Part shown: positions 30,501-40,192 of the stretch, piece by piece | Layout: each line of letters starts with the position of its first letter | Numbering within the stretch: position 1 is the stretch's first letter | Source of the DNA: Oceanispirochaeta sp. | GTDB taxonomy: Bacteria > Spirochaetota > Spirochaetia > DSM-2461 | Reading direction: 5' to 3' | Length of the DNA stretch: 64,000 bases | NCBI GenBank assembly: GCA_963663385.2 | Contig: CAXXXD010000003.1 | Span: 1,472,001 to 1,536,000 of the forward strand | The notes under the pieces: generated by a model | Database searches by the model: none | Seen by the model: only the letters and a program-made list of their open reading frames with translations | Told to the model about the DNA's origin: nothing | Program-made: the position numbers and the translations under genes

Positions 30501-32237
30501 AGAAAGGGCCCAGATCCCGTCGTCTCTGTTGGTATACTGAACACCCGGATTCCTTGTGAGAACCCTGTCGGGAGGAAGGGAAAGATTCAGCAGATCCGGA
30601 TCAATGAAATCGGCATTTTCGCCCAGAAATTTCAGTCTGTAACTGAATCCGCCCAGAAATTCTTCCGCTGTATTCCACAGGATGGAAAAAGTATTGCTTA
30701 ATAGATACCCTTTTTCGTCTGTCAGAGGCTTAGTAAACTGAACCGGTTCGGGCGGAGTCGTATCACGGGTAATGGAGATTCTGACAGTATCCGACCAGTT
30801 TCCGGCGTAGTCCACTGTTTTAATATTGAAAAACCATAGCCCATCCTCTGTAGCCCGAAAGGTCATGGTCCGTTCCCTCAAGTCTGCCTTATCCACATCT
30901 TCGGCCGGTTCAGCATCCGGATTCCTTCCCCAGTCATAGGAAAATCCCAGAATACCCGAGGAGTCCTCCGGCTTTTTCCATGCAATAACAACCCTGTCCT
31001 CAGCCTGACGGCCGCCGTCTGTAAAGTTTATGGTTCTGACAAGCGGAAATGGGGATGTTTTATCGGGTCTGAGAAGATAGGAACGCCTGTATCCCCGGTT
31101 CTGATTCTCCCAGTATATATAGAGGTCATCCCCGAGTTTAAGCCAGCGCGCATAGGTTGAATCACCCCCTGTAAGGCTGAGGTTTTGTTCCTGCCAGAAC
31201 AGCCCGTTCCTTTCAGCCATTATAACCTGATTACCGTTCCTGTTATCAAAATAGAGAACGTGTATTAGACCGTTCTGTAAGACAATACGGGGAGAGGCTG
31301 TAAAGTATGTCCCCCTTGAAATCTGTTCAAAGTCTTCTACAGCCCTTCCTCTGCCATCAAGGGATAAGTAGTAGATCTGAGGCGCCTCCCTGCTGAGACG
31401 GCGCTCCCAGACAAGGTGAATCACGCCCTCTTCAGCAAATATATGAGGCCTTTGATTATCGAATTGAAAGAAATCATAGTCCTGGCCAAACCGATATTCA
31501 CTGAAATCAGTTATTTGAACCTCATCAGACCAGTTATCCTCACCGTTCAGACGGGACTTGAAGTAAATCTGATAACTATTGCGATTACCTGTATAAAGGG
31601 ACTGAAAGACAAGATATTCGCCCTGTGTATCATAGGTGTAATAAGGTAGAAAGTTCTGTTTCAGTTCAGCATTATTAATAAAATGGTCGACTCCGCTCCA
31701 GCTGACACCATCAGAGGATATGGTTTGAAAGATTGATAATGCCTCTGTTCCGTTGGGCTGTACAATCCTCTGAGTAACAAACATAAGGATCCTGCTGTTT
31801 CTGTCACGGAAAAGACGGGGAACAACAACTGTATTTTCCGTTTCCACCAGGGAAATTTTTTCAAGTCCGTTTCTTTGAGAATTTAACCGGTAAATCCCGA
31901 TTTCACGTTCTGATTCATTTAATGCCACCAGGGGAGTTCCCGTTGCATCCTGAGTCAGGGAAAAAAGAGAAACCCGATCCTCTCCCTTATATGTCCTGGG
32001 GGAGAGCAGTTCCATTTTATCCGACCAGGCGGAACCGTCTCTGGAATAGGAACCGAAATAGTGAATAATCTCATCATCATTGCGGTTATACTCCTGCCAC
32101 ATCATAAAAAGGTATCCCTGATCCGAAGTGATTATCTGCGGATAGTAGGCTCCTGCTCCGGTAAGATCCAGAGGATGTTCCCAATAAAGTTCCTGAGCAT
32201 TCAATGGAAACAGACAGGCAAAGAGGAGAAGTAACAC
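27540..32237 (-). CDS. Large membrane sensor: periplasmic beta-rich domains, 3 TM, HAMP, SpoIIE/PP2C phosphatase
   Basis: TRDELADLARTFNQMT (HAMP); SGDYFDF, CDIAGKG, FTDGIEEA, DDLTIL; FN3-like KTVDYAGNWS and AYDDVGNKS. Confidence 0.9.
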   Translation of the reverse strand: MLLLLFACLFPLNAQELYWEHPLDLTGAGAYYPQIITSDQGYLFMMWQEYNRNDDEIIHYFGSYSRDGSAWSDKMELLSPRTYKGEDRVSLFSLTQDATGTPLVALNESEREIGIYRLNSQRNGLEKISLVETENTVVVPRLFRDRNSRILMFVTQRIVQPNGTEALSIFQTISSDGVSWSGVDHFINNAELKQNFLPYYTYDTQGEYLVFQSLYTGNRNSYQIYFKSRLNGEDNWSDEVQITDFSEYRFGQDYDFFQFDNQRPHIFAEEGVIHLVWERRLSREAPQIYYLSLDGRGRAVEDFEQISRGTYFTASPRIVLQNGLIHVLYFDNRNGNQVIMAERNGLFWQEQNLSLTGGDSTYARWLKLGDDLYIYWENQNRGYRRSYLLRPDKTSPFPLVRTINFTDGGRQAEDRVVIAWKKPEDSSGILGFSYDWGRNPDAEPAEDVDKADLRERTMTFRATEDGLWFFNIKTVDYAGNWSDTVRISITRDTTPPEPVQFTKPLTDEKGYLLSNTFSILWNTAEEFLGGFSYRLKFLGENADFIDPDLLNLSLPPDRVLTRNPGVQYTNRDDGIWALSVVAYDDVGNKSEPKTLFFRTDKYIPVTYISDVQSTRDRLERVVLRLIGRGFSVGGNINKVILDRDGTAPWDYEFSEGEFSIRTDRIIENVTVEVLEEGTYRVGVIHPRRGLVFAENRLRLDSSGTVRFGDFSYDYKTFWQPARMARDIWDLNRTLFTAILALLLAATFFTTVMIFNIIRESRMLEEDVKAILEGTPIPGQIHKERLKVMKKRGFSLRLKFILAILTLILFVTLTISISLGQFMINTQQTNLSEGLYQRSALLLETLANGARTYLPTQNRLELGLLPGQISAMEDARNTTISGIGINHPAEFDYIWASNDPGVNEDQLFPAEVRKQDLDKPEDMDEERFEELLNSYAIREGYYDFSLPLETDRSDLYGILTVSNLLTDFEPGETRIKDVISDEVMLLQQEINKNAIELVGDQNVQLDQLSEDAVRLALKGDRQSLEDLRIIQETISRIETEINDKLKSVSNVVKTYPEFTVENINPSQKTFIFYKPVVYRNKGINTYFRGIIRLEVSIENILNEIISIQQNIIRITVTISLIAIFTGFLGAILLAQTMINPIRKLVRAVEIVRDTQDKSKLSDHVIEIKTRDELADLARTFNQMTEGLVTAAAASKELTLGKEIQKKFIPLETMAVGNRKLSTGEMENENVQFYGYYEGAKGVSGDYFDFRQLDDEHYAIIKCDIAGKGIPASLIMVEVATIFINYFKTTDIKRDGIHIDKLVYSINDLLEEVGFEGRFAAFIVIVMNVRTGKCWMCNAGDNLVHIYNQQNNKMFIKTINEVPAAGVFPSFMLEGDKSYKQLPHMLKSGDILFLFTDGIEEAQRTFRNSRYEQIVCDDSCNQDQEGMHKTHEVNSEFEEFSVSRIHDVIEAALHRETYTLYKYHNPDPDRTLSFNFTECNGKVDHAVLALVSVEKIFRMIPDPSAGADDRIRIDNKIDDFLKKHFDQYREYFRYPIPDEEFPEYTYYSHLKEDHQYDDLTILGIRKK

Positions 32238-32254
32238 TGTACAACAGGGATATT

Positions 32255-35236
32255 TTAGAATTTTGATTCGAGTCTCCTTTTCAAATCCTGCAGAGGCGGA
32301 TAAGTAGCATTATCCTTATCTTTCAGCAATTGCTGTACAATGGCATAGGCTTCAAAATAATCACCCTTGATATATTTCTCTTCGGCAGATTTGAACTGGG
32401 ATTGAGCGGCAGATGATAAAACAATGGTAGTTTGTCCTCCCGCATCCAGCTGAATACGATCTTTCAGTTCTATAGCGCGGCTGTTTTCCGGATTCAATTC
32501 TATAGCTTTATCCAATTGAGCCAGAGCAACGGGGAACTGGGACCGGACATTTCCTTCAACAATGGCAAAGGCTTTCTGATACAGGTCCTGACTCTCTTTA
32601 AGCGCCCTTGTATCGGGTGGAGGAATACGAATCCCGAGTATAATTTCCGCATCATAGATGGCCTTTGCGATTCCCGGATAATCCGGCTCTATGGCAGAAA
32701 GGTCTTTTAAATCTATGTAGGCTTCGTCCGGTTCTGTCTGCAATTTGCTCCTGGCGCTTTTATATTTTTCAGAGAATACAACAATAAAGAGATCCGGATC
32801 GCGAAGCTGCTGAATCCGCAGTTTCAGAACGCTGGCGGCCTGATTCAGAGGCATGGGAATCAGGATCTCATTCAGATTCTGATCCGATCGATCCAGGTAT
32901 TTAAATCCCTCAGCCGTATTTCCCTCTTCAATCAGCTTTTTCCCTGTTTCAAAATTGGAATAGGCCAGATTCAGAAATTGCGTCATCTCAGCATAAAGGG
33001 GTTCTGTATCCTCAATGGTCCGGCCCGATTCCACTGAGAGAGCGGCGCGTACCAGGTTCAGCCAGTAATTGATTTCGCTGTTTGGTTCTGTATTGGTTGT
33101 AAACCAGCGGCTTTCTGCCCTGAGCAGGACAATTTCACTCTGGGCGTAACGGCCCTGCAGGTAGAGACTTTTTCCCTGGTTGACATTTTCCCGTACATAA
33201 CGGATGACTTCCTTATTCTCCTCCAGGAGGATTTCGGCCTGAAGATCGGCAATCCTCCTATCCACTTCATCCCTTGCTATAATATCCTCATCATAGGATA
33301 GAGCCTGAACAAACAGATCCTGGGATGTTGTGAGTTCCTGTATTGCCTGGGCAAATGATTTTCTGCCTAAGGCATCTTCCGATTCGGCGAAACGGTACTC
33401 GGCTTCATTAAGAAAACGTTCGGCCAGCACCAGATTCTGATCAGCCCGTCTGGTTATTCTGCCGTATTCCTGCCCGGCAGATTTCAAGCCGGCCAGAATG
33501 GATTCCCCTCTCTGAAGGTAACGATCCATCGGATCTTTTTGGGGCACATCTTCCCTGATGTTCCTGTAGTCATCCAGAAATTCCTGAATATTCTCCTGAA
33601 GAACAAGGTTATCGGAAGAGAGGATTTCCAGAAGATTCAGAGAACGCCGGGGATAGACGTAGAGAATATTCAGATCATCCTCCAGTTCTTCCGGAGTAAT
33701 CCCCTCCAGAAGTTCCAGAGCATTTGCCTGTTCATCCAGAATCCGTTTATATTCAGTTTCCAGAGGATTAAGGACGTATTCGGCCATATCCAGAGCGATT
33801 TGACCTCGCAGCAGCCCATAGGAATCTATAACCTGTTCAATACGATCAAGGGAGAAAGCCGCCAATTCACCGGAGCTGCTGCCTTTGTAAAGGTTGTCCC
33901 GGCCTATAGTATCCTCAAGAGTCTTCCAGGAATCCCTTTGAGGAACAAGATTTTCAATTTCCTCCTTCAGAATACTCCTTCGTCCCGTCATCAGAGGATA
34001 GTCCTTATTGTTATAGACTCTGTAACTCTCCAGTCTGTCATTAAACTGACTCAGTACTGCAAAAAGGCGGGCATGGTCATATTTAGTATTCAGATCTACA
34101 AGCTTGTCGTAATAGATATTCAGGATATCCCGGCTCTTATCATTCAAAGCCATGGATTCATCCAGATTCATAATATCTGACCTGAGAGTATTATAGGAAA
34201 GAGCCTGCTCAGCCCAGTATTCACTCTCTTCGTAGGATTCCTGTGCGGTTACCCAGCTCTCTGCTCTATAGGAGCTCTCCGCTCTGGTAAGAGAGTTTTC
34301 AAGGTTCCGGTCAATCTGGTTTATAATCGGATTAAGGGTACTTTCCCAGAACCCGTCCATAGCCACGACCAGACCTTCATTCTGTTCTACCGTGGTTCTC
34401 CCGTATACGATTCTCCAGGCGAAACCCAGAAAAAAGTCTTCCTTATATTCTGAACTGATCTCTCCCAGCAGCCTGTTCTGTTCCCGGAATGTCCAACCCG
34501 CATGCCAGACTGTATTCCGCAGCTCTGCAAAACGGGAAATCAGCTCTCTGGCCCTGCCCAGTGTTTCACTGGTCCGTGCGGACGGTGTAACGATCCCCTG
34601 AGCTGTCAGCCCGGACATATTCTCATAACTTGAAAGGAATTCAGCAGTTGCTGCCATCAGTTTTTCCAGGCTTTTATCTACAGGGCCCTTGATCAGGTCT
34701 CCGTAATCCCTTTCATCATAGGTTCTTTTGTGAAAATTATACGCTGTCAGGTAGGTGGAAACAGCCTCGTTATACTGACCGGCCTGATAATACCCGTAGG
34801 CCCTGTCCATCGCCTCATTAAAAAGCAGTCTGAAGTAGATAAGCTCCGCACTGATTCGGGCGTCCCGAATCGTATCTTCTGTGGAAGGGTTGGGGTTTTT
34901 ATCCAGTTGTTCCAGCTCATCGATTATCTCCAGCCCCTTCTGATAATCGTTTTCATCAAAAAGGACCCGTATCAGCTCTTCATATTTATCGTTGAATTCC
35001 TCTTTTTTCTGACGTATATCCTGGATCATACCCTGAGCTTTCTCCATTTCTTCAGGGTTTTCCTTCACAATATCTACCAGAAGGTTTATAGCCTGATTAT
35101 AATCCAGTACTTCGATAAGCCTTTGAACTTCCTTATATTTATCTGACACCTTCATTTTCCCATCCTGTGCGAACAGGCTTACCAGAATCAGAAAAAAGAG
35201 GAGAATTGATGATGTTAAACACTTATTAAATGTCAA
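32255..35236 (-). CDS. Large secreted TPR/helical protein
   Basis: Signal peptide; TPR-like AQLDKAIELNPEN; helical throughout. Confidence 0.8.
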   Translation of the reverse strand: MTFNKCLTSSILLFFLILVSLFAQDGKMKVSDKYKEVQRLIEVLDYNQAINLLVDIVKENPEEMEKAQGMIQDIRQKKEEFNDKYEELIRVLFDENDYQKGLEIIDELEQLDKNPNPSTEDTIRDARISAELIYFRLLFNEAMDRAYGYYQAGQYNEAVSTYLTAYNFHKRTYDERDYGDLIKGPVDKSLEKLMAATAEFLSSYENMSGLTAQGIVTPSARTSETLGRARELISRFAELRNTVWHAGWTFREQNRLLGEISSEYKEDFFLGFAWRIVYGRTTVEQNEGLVVAMDGFWESTLNPIINQIDRNLENSLTRAESSYRAESWVTAQESYEESEYWAEQALSYNTLRSDIMNLDESMALNDKSRDILNIYYDKLVDLNTKYDHARLFAVLSQFNDRLESYRVYNNKDYPLMTGRRSILKEEIENLVPQRDSWKTLEDTIGRDNLYKGSSSGELAAFSLDRIEQVIDSYGLLRGQIALDMAEYVLNPLETEYKRILDEQANALELLEGITPEELEDDLNILYVYPRRSLNLLEILSSDNLVLQENIQEFLDDYRNIREDVPQKDPMDRYLQRGESILAGLKSAGQEYGRITRRADQNLVLAERFLNEAEYRFAESEDALGRKSFAQAIQELTTSQDLFVQALSYDEDIIARDEVDRRIADLQAEILLEENKEVIRYVRENVNQGKSLYLQGRYAQSEIVLLRAESRWFTTNTEPNSEINYWLNLVRAALSVESGRTIEDTEPLYAEMTQFLNLAYSNFETGKKLIEEGNTAEGFKYLDRSDQNLNEILIPMPLNQAASVLKLRIQQLRDPDLFIVVFSEKYKSARSKLQTEPDEAYIDLKDLSAIEPDYPGIAKAIYDAEIILGIRIPPPDTRALKESQDLYQKAFAIVEGNVRSQFPVALAQLDKAIELNPENSRAIELKDRIQLDAGGQTTIVLSSAAQSQFKSAEEKYIKGDYFEAYAIVQQLLKDKDNATYPPLQDLKRRLESKF

Positions 35237-35350
35237 GTAAAACCTTCAAAATCACGATAATAAAGCTGTTCAGTTATATACTATATTATTATCGGCATCA
35301 TAGGAACTAAACTGGATAAAACCACACCTGACGGGTATAATATATTTAAG

Positions 35351-36604
35351 ATGAAAAAGGGATTAGCCGCAGCACTCTTTATTTTACTCACTGCTTCTTT
35401 GTTTTCAGGCTCAAATACTGCCGCTACATATGCCTATCTCAGCGAGATTTTCGGCATTGATGATAATGCGGGACTGAATTCCTTCCTGACCCTTACCATA
35501 CCCGCGGGAGGTAAATACGAGGGAATGGGCACTGCGTTTACAGCCATGAGTTCTGATTCCAGTTTTCTGGATTCCAATCCGGCGGGAAGCTCCTTTGTTC
35601 AGAACTCGGAACTGACCTTTTATCATAATAACTGGATCGAAGAGACCAACATAGAAAGCGTAACCTACACCGCCAGGTGGGATAATCTCGGTGTAGGAAT
35701 CGGGGGGAAATTCCTGTACCTCCCTTTTACAGGGATTGATGAATGGGGGGACCGGGCAAAGAATGACAACGGCAGCTACGCTACCGGTTACTACACGGAA
35801 ACAATCGCAACAGCCAATGCGGCATATACATTTCTGAACGACTATTACTACCATGGGTTCTCGGTTGGCACTAATTTCAAACTGGGATACAGGGGTATCC
35901 CCAACTCTATAGCCCCGAACCAGTCTGCCCTGGCTGTAATGGTGGATGTAGGCCTTCAGACACGGCTCAATCTACTGAAATACTACAGCTCCCGTGAAAA
36001 GAATTTTTCCTATGGGCTCGCAGTAAAAAATATTGGAAGTGAACTGATTGATACCCCCGATCCTCTGCCCACCACATTTTCAACAGGGATTGCCTATTCT
36101 CCTATAAAACCTCTCACCTGGGCTTTTGATATCAACTACCCCTTCAACCTGGACGGAACGCCTTCCGAAGCGATCAGTTATTCTACCGGATTTGATATTA
36201 ACCTGGCCTCGTTTTTATCTGTACAGTCGGGATTTCTGCTGAAACGGGGACTCCCCCGGTTCAGTGTGGGAACATCTTTTGATGCGGAAAAATTCAGCAT
36301 TACTGCAAATTATACTCTGGATTTAACCACGCAGTTTACCAAACTGGACAGATTCAGCCTCTCCCTCCGTTTGAATCTGGGAGATTTCGGCAGGATGAGC
36401 CGAAACGAAAAAGCCCAGATTCTCTACCTCGAAGGTCTGGAGACATATGCAAACGGGAATATTAGCGGAGCCATTGATCTGTGGGAGGAGTGTCTTTCCA
36501 TACGGGAAGATTTCACTCCTGCCAAAGAGATGATTCAGACAGCCCGTAAAACCCTTGAACTGAACAACAGACTCCAGCAGAACCAGACTATCGAAGACGA
36601 ATAG
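35351..36604 (+). CDS. UPF0164 (FadL/PorV-like) outer-membrane protein with C-terminal TPR
   Basis: IPAGGKYEGMGTAFTA…NPAG…FYHNNWI hatch/NPA motif; C-terminal helical repeat. Confidence 0.82.
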   Translation: MKKGLAAALFILLTASLFSGSNTAATYAYLSEIFGIDDNAGLNSFLTLTIPAGGKYEGMGTAFTAMSSDSSFLDSNPAGSSFVQNSELTFYHNNWIEETNIESVTYTARWDNLGVGIGGKFLYLPFTGIDEWGDRAKNDNGSYATGYYTETIATANAAYTFLNDYYYHGFSVGTNFKLGYRGIPNSIAPNQSALAVMVDVGLQTRLNLLKYYSSREKNFSYGLAVKNIGSELIDTPDPLPTTFSTGIAYSPIKPLTWAFDINYPFNLDGTPSEAISYSTGFDINLASFLSVQSGFLLKRGLPRFSVGTSFDAEKFSITANYTLDLTTQFTKLDRFSLSLRLNLGDFGRMSRNEKAQILYLEGLETYANGNISGAIDLWEECLSIREDFTPAKEMIQTARKTLELNNRLQQNQTIEDE

Positions 36605-36613
36605 GACCGCCTT

Positions 36614-37339
36614 TTATTTATTCTTCAAGTATTCGGAAAGCTGTTTGAACAAAAACTTCAGTTCCGGATAGTCTTCAGTCTGAACCCAGGCCCTTTTCTT
36701 TGAGAACCTTCCAGGGCCTCTGCGGTTCTGATCGTTCAGAAAACCTTCAAGAGCTTTCCGGAAGTCCATCATCTCCTGACTATAGCTGTTAAAGAAAAGA
36801 GGCACCCCCCCCTCCTTTATATATTCGGCTTTTTCAGTTCTGCTCATTGACGCGATTTTTTCCAGATACAGCTCAACCTGTTTCAGAAAATCCACACGTT
36901 CGAAGGGGATCCGGTTCAAAGAATGAGTCAGTTCCTGTTTCTTTAAAAGAGCTTTCTCCGATTGTACATCCTGGTTTACAAGGCGGTACCATCCCAGTGC
37001 AGCCAGAATAAGAGAAAGAACAATTTCATCCACCAGAGGAAGGGGATCTCTGATTACATACGAAAGAAAATAGAAGGAAAGAAGGAAGATACCGGTAGCC
37101 AGTATAAAATGCAGAATGAATTTTGAATCATTGAACCAGGCGCGGACTGCCAGATCAATCTTAACTTTCCAGTTTGCCTGGAAAGACTGCATATCTTCTG
37201 CTGAAGGAGAGGACCCGTAATACCCTCTTATATCCTCATTTTCCAGAAAATCTATTAATGCCGCCTTGGCGGGAGGATTGGCTATAAAACAACGGTTGCT
37301 GTTCCAGTGTAAAAAATAAATATTTCTGTGTTTCAACAA
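36614..37339 (-). CDS. Hypothetical membrane protein (2 TM)
   Basis: TM-VIRDPLPLVDE-TM; abuts the upstream gene; start uncertain. Confidence 0.65.
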   Translation of the reverse strand: MLKHRNIYFLHWNSNRCFIANPPAKAALIDFLENEDIRGYYGSSPSAEDMQSFQANWKVKIDLAVRAWFNDSKFILHFILATGIFLLSFYFLSYVIRDPLPLVDEIVLSLILAALGWYRLVNQDVQSEKALLKKQELTHSLNRIPFERVDFLKQVELYLEKIASMSRTEKAEYIKEGGVPLFFNSYSQEMMDFRKALEGFLNDQNRRGPGRFSKKRAWVQTEDYPELKFLFKQLSEYLKNK

Positions 37340-38254
37340 TTACTCCTCATCGGATTTGGAAGGCATGTAGGCTAGCAGCTCCTTCATACCGTACAATTCT
37401 GCGTATTTCCGGGCGGACAACCCCAGAGAATCATTTATATCCGCATTAGCCTGCTTCTTCAATAACTCTACAGCACAATCAATCTGTTTATTTCCCACCG
37501 AGAGCACAAGGGCTGTCTGTCCGCTCTTGCTCTGGATTTCGATATCCGCCCCATTTTCAATCAGATAACGGACAATCTCGACATGACCCTCTGAAGCGGC
37601 ATCCATCAGGGGAGTGTTGTTCCTGTCGGTGCTTATCTGATTTACCACAGCACCGGATTCAACCAGGATTTTGACCAGTCCGAAATACCCGTTTCTGGCA
37701 GCCAGTCCCAGAAGGGTGACCTTGTCAAGGGACTCTTTATTTATATCAAAACCCGCTTCCAGATAGACCCCGACCATAAAGCGGTCGCCTTTTTCTACGG
37801 CTCTGGCCAAACCTTCAAAAGCATGCTCTTCAAGTTTAGCTTCCAGGGAGCGGCGGGCAATACTGGTTCTGGAATCCCTATCCCAAAGAGGCATAATGAG
37901 TTCCAGACTGTCTTTCAAGCCGCTTTGAGTTGTAGACCATGGATACAGCGAAAGAATATCCCCATACGGCAGAAAAGAATCATCTTCTGTTGTATTTATC
38001 AGAATCTGCCTGCGCCGGGAGCCTGCAAACCCCATTACATAGGAGAACCATTGGGCTTTCAAATCATCTTCCACCGGAATAATCAGGTAGTAATCCGAGT
38101 ACCCCAATCCTTCCTGAATTTTCAGAACCGCTTCAGAATCCCATTTTTTTTCGGGAAAATACGCATGGGACTCAATAAACATTTCCTCAAACAGCGGGAT
38201 GAGATCTGTAAGGATATCTTTTCTTTCATAGGAACAGAATATGGTTAATTTCAT
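37340..38254 (-). CDS. TIR-like domain + ankyrin repeat protein
   Basis: IFCSY…D N-terminal strand and W…GFA helix; ankyrins TLLGLAARNG, TPLMDAASEGH, TALVLSVGN. Confidence 0.8.
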   Translation of the reverse strand: MKLTIFCSYERKDILTDLIPLFEEMFIESHAYFPEKKWDSEAVLKIQEGLGYSDYYLIIPVEDDLKAQWFSYVMGFAGSRRRQILINTTEDDSFLPYGDILSLYPWSTTQSGLKDSLELIMPLWDRDSRTSIARRSLEAKLEEHAFEGLARAVEKGDRFMVGVYLEAGFDINKESLDKVTLLGLAARNGYFGLVKILVESGAVVNQISTDRNNTPLMDAASEGHVEIVRYLIENGADIEIQSKSGQTALVLSVGNKQIDCAVELLKKQANADINDSLGLSARKYAELYGMKELLAYMPSKSDEE

Positions 38255-38360
38255 AATAACTAATCAGAACCCCTTTAAAAACAAAAAGAGAATTACTCAT
38301 TATCCTTATCGGAATTGTATGGAAAAAAGTTAACCCCCACGATACAATTGTGTCATTGTT

Positions 38361-39677
38361 ATGGAAGAAAAAGATGATCAGGAAAACGGCGTATTAAGCC
38401 AGTACCTTAAAGAACTCATAAAAATACAGGACCATGCTCTTATAACAGAAGAGGATATTGCCAGGCTGAACGAGATATACTCCCTCTCTACGGAAGAGAT
38501 TGATAAAATTCACATGCTCGCCCACAGGCATATATCAAGGGCGGACCAGTATAAAAAACAGGAAAGATGGGATACAGCCATAGTTGAAACGGAACGAGCC
38601 CTTCTTTTTACCCCCCTTGATCCGGACTTGAGGCTGGACCTGGCAGAACTGTATACCCTTCGAAGCCGCCAGTATGGTTACCTGGAGAAAGATCTCAGAA
38701 GAGCCCGGGATAAAGTAAGGGAAACCCTTATTCTGAACCCCGGGTATAGGGAAGCCATAAAACTCCAGAAGGAACTTCAGGATCTGGACAGGATGCTGAA
38801 GGGAACCGATCAGAACAGGAGGATTATTCCACTGATTATTGCTCTTCTCATTATTATGGGAGCTGTTCTTATTCCCAGGATCCGGAATTTTGATTTCTGG
38901 AATATTAATGAGGAAGAAACCGCCGGTGGTGATCATTCCCCTGAGGAACAGGAGTGGACAAGAAAAGAGATGCTCATACAGCCGGCAGATTCCCTGAAGG
39001 AGCGGTTGGATATTGAAATCAGAGAAGCGGAAATTTTAAAAAGCAGTGATAGTTACGTTCTTTCTCTATCCGGCTATGTTCAGAGTCTTTCCGGTCCTCT
39101 GGAAAATCTGGTACTGAGCCTTTCCCTTGGGGAGATTATGTCTCCCGTACTCAAGGAGGAACTGTCCCTGCTGGATAATAATGACCCGATTCTACTTCCC
39201 GGAGAATCTCTTCCCTTCTCGGCCTATTTTCATATGACCAGTTACAACGATGAGGAATCCCTGCTACTGGGAATATCGGCAATACAAAAGTCTGATGCTT
39301 TATATGATCCTGCGAAGTGGACAGAGTCAGTCCCCTTCTGGGAGATTCCCCGCCCTAACGATATCAATCTTAAGTTTACAAGCAAACTTCATAATCTGAT
39401 TGAGGGGTATGACAGAACCTACCTCTTTCAGGATATTAAAATGGATAACAGAAGCATTGATTCCCTGGAAAAGCTGGAGATAAATGCGAAATGGTATGAT
39501 ACGGATAAAAATGAGATTGCCAGCCGCCTGATAGACTGTATCCCCTCCGGTGGCCCTCCCATAAAAGGGGAATCCGTGCAGACTTTCAGAGTAATGCTTG
39601 ATCTCCCCAAAGAGCAGATGCACAGAATGACCGATTATGCTCTTTATATTGAGTCTATAAAAAAGGTGAATAAATGA
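38361..39677 (+). CDS. TPR-containing bitopic membrane protein
   Basis: RALLFTPLD / ETLILNPGY TPR-like; single TM IIPLIIALLIIMGAVLI. Confidence 0.7.
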   Translation: MEEKDDQENGVLSQYLKELIKIQDHALITEEDIARLNEIYSLSTEEIDKIHMLAHRHISRADQYKKQERWDTAIVETERALLFTPLDPDLRLDLAELYTLRSRQYGYLEKDLRRARDKVRETLILNPGYREAIKLQKELQDLDRMLKGTDQNRRIIPLIIALLIIMGAVLIPRIRNFDFWNINEEETAGGDHSPEEQEWTRKEMLIQPADSLKERLDIEIREAEILKSSDSYVLSLSGYVQSLSGPLENLVLSLSLGEIMSPVLKEELSLLDNNDPILLPGESLPFSAYFHMTSYNDEESLLLGISAIQKSDALYDPAKWTESVPFWEIPRPNDINLKFTSKLHNLIEGYDRTYLFQDIKMDNRSIDSLEKLEINAKWYDTDKNEIASRLIDCIPSGGPPIKGESVQTFRVMLDLPKEQMHRMTDYALYIESIKKVNK

Positions 39678-40192
39678 CATCAAAACTGAAATTATCCCTC
39701 AAGGACATTGACTGGAGTAAATGGGTTCCTACAGAATCTGCAGTGATCACCTATATCCTGAAGGGATCAGAAGTCCTGCTTATAAGAAAAAAGACTGGTC
39801 TTGGAGCCGGAAAGGTGAATGCACCCGGTGGTCATATTGAAGAGGGAGAAACGCCAGAAGAGGCGGCTATCAGAGAAATAGAAGAAGAAGTAGGACTAAA
39901 AGCGGAAAACCTGAAGTACTCGGGAGAACTTTTTTTTCATTTTACTGACGGATTAAAGCTTAAGGGAACGGTATTCCTGAGTAAAAGGTTTTCCGGTACT
40001 CCCATCGAGACAGACGAAGCGGATCCCTTCTGGTGTCCGATTTCCGAAATTCCCTGGGAGAAAATGTGGGAAGATGACATTCACTGGCTTCCAAGGGCAC
40101 TGAACGGAGAGTGTTTTACAGGTCATTTTATTTTTGACGGTGATTCAATGGTTGATTCGGATCTGCATTTTTATGATTCCCGTTCCTCATAG
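39674..40192 (+). CDS. Nudix hydrolase, MTH1/8-oxo-dGTPase-like
   Basis: GGHIEEGETPEEAAIREIEEEVG; MWEDD.HWLP. Confidence 0.9.
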   Translation: MTSKLKLSLKDIDWSKWVPTESAVITYILKGSEVLLIRKKTGLGAGKVNAPGGHIEEGETPEEAAIREIEEEVGLKAENLKYSGELFFHFTDGLKLKGTVFLSKRFSGTPIETDEADPFWCPISEIPWEKMWEDDIHWLPRALNGECFTGHFIFDGDSMVDSDLHFYDSRSS

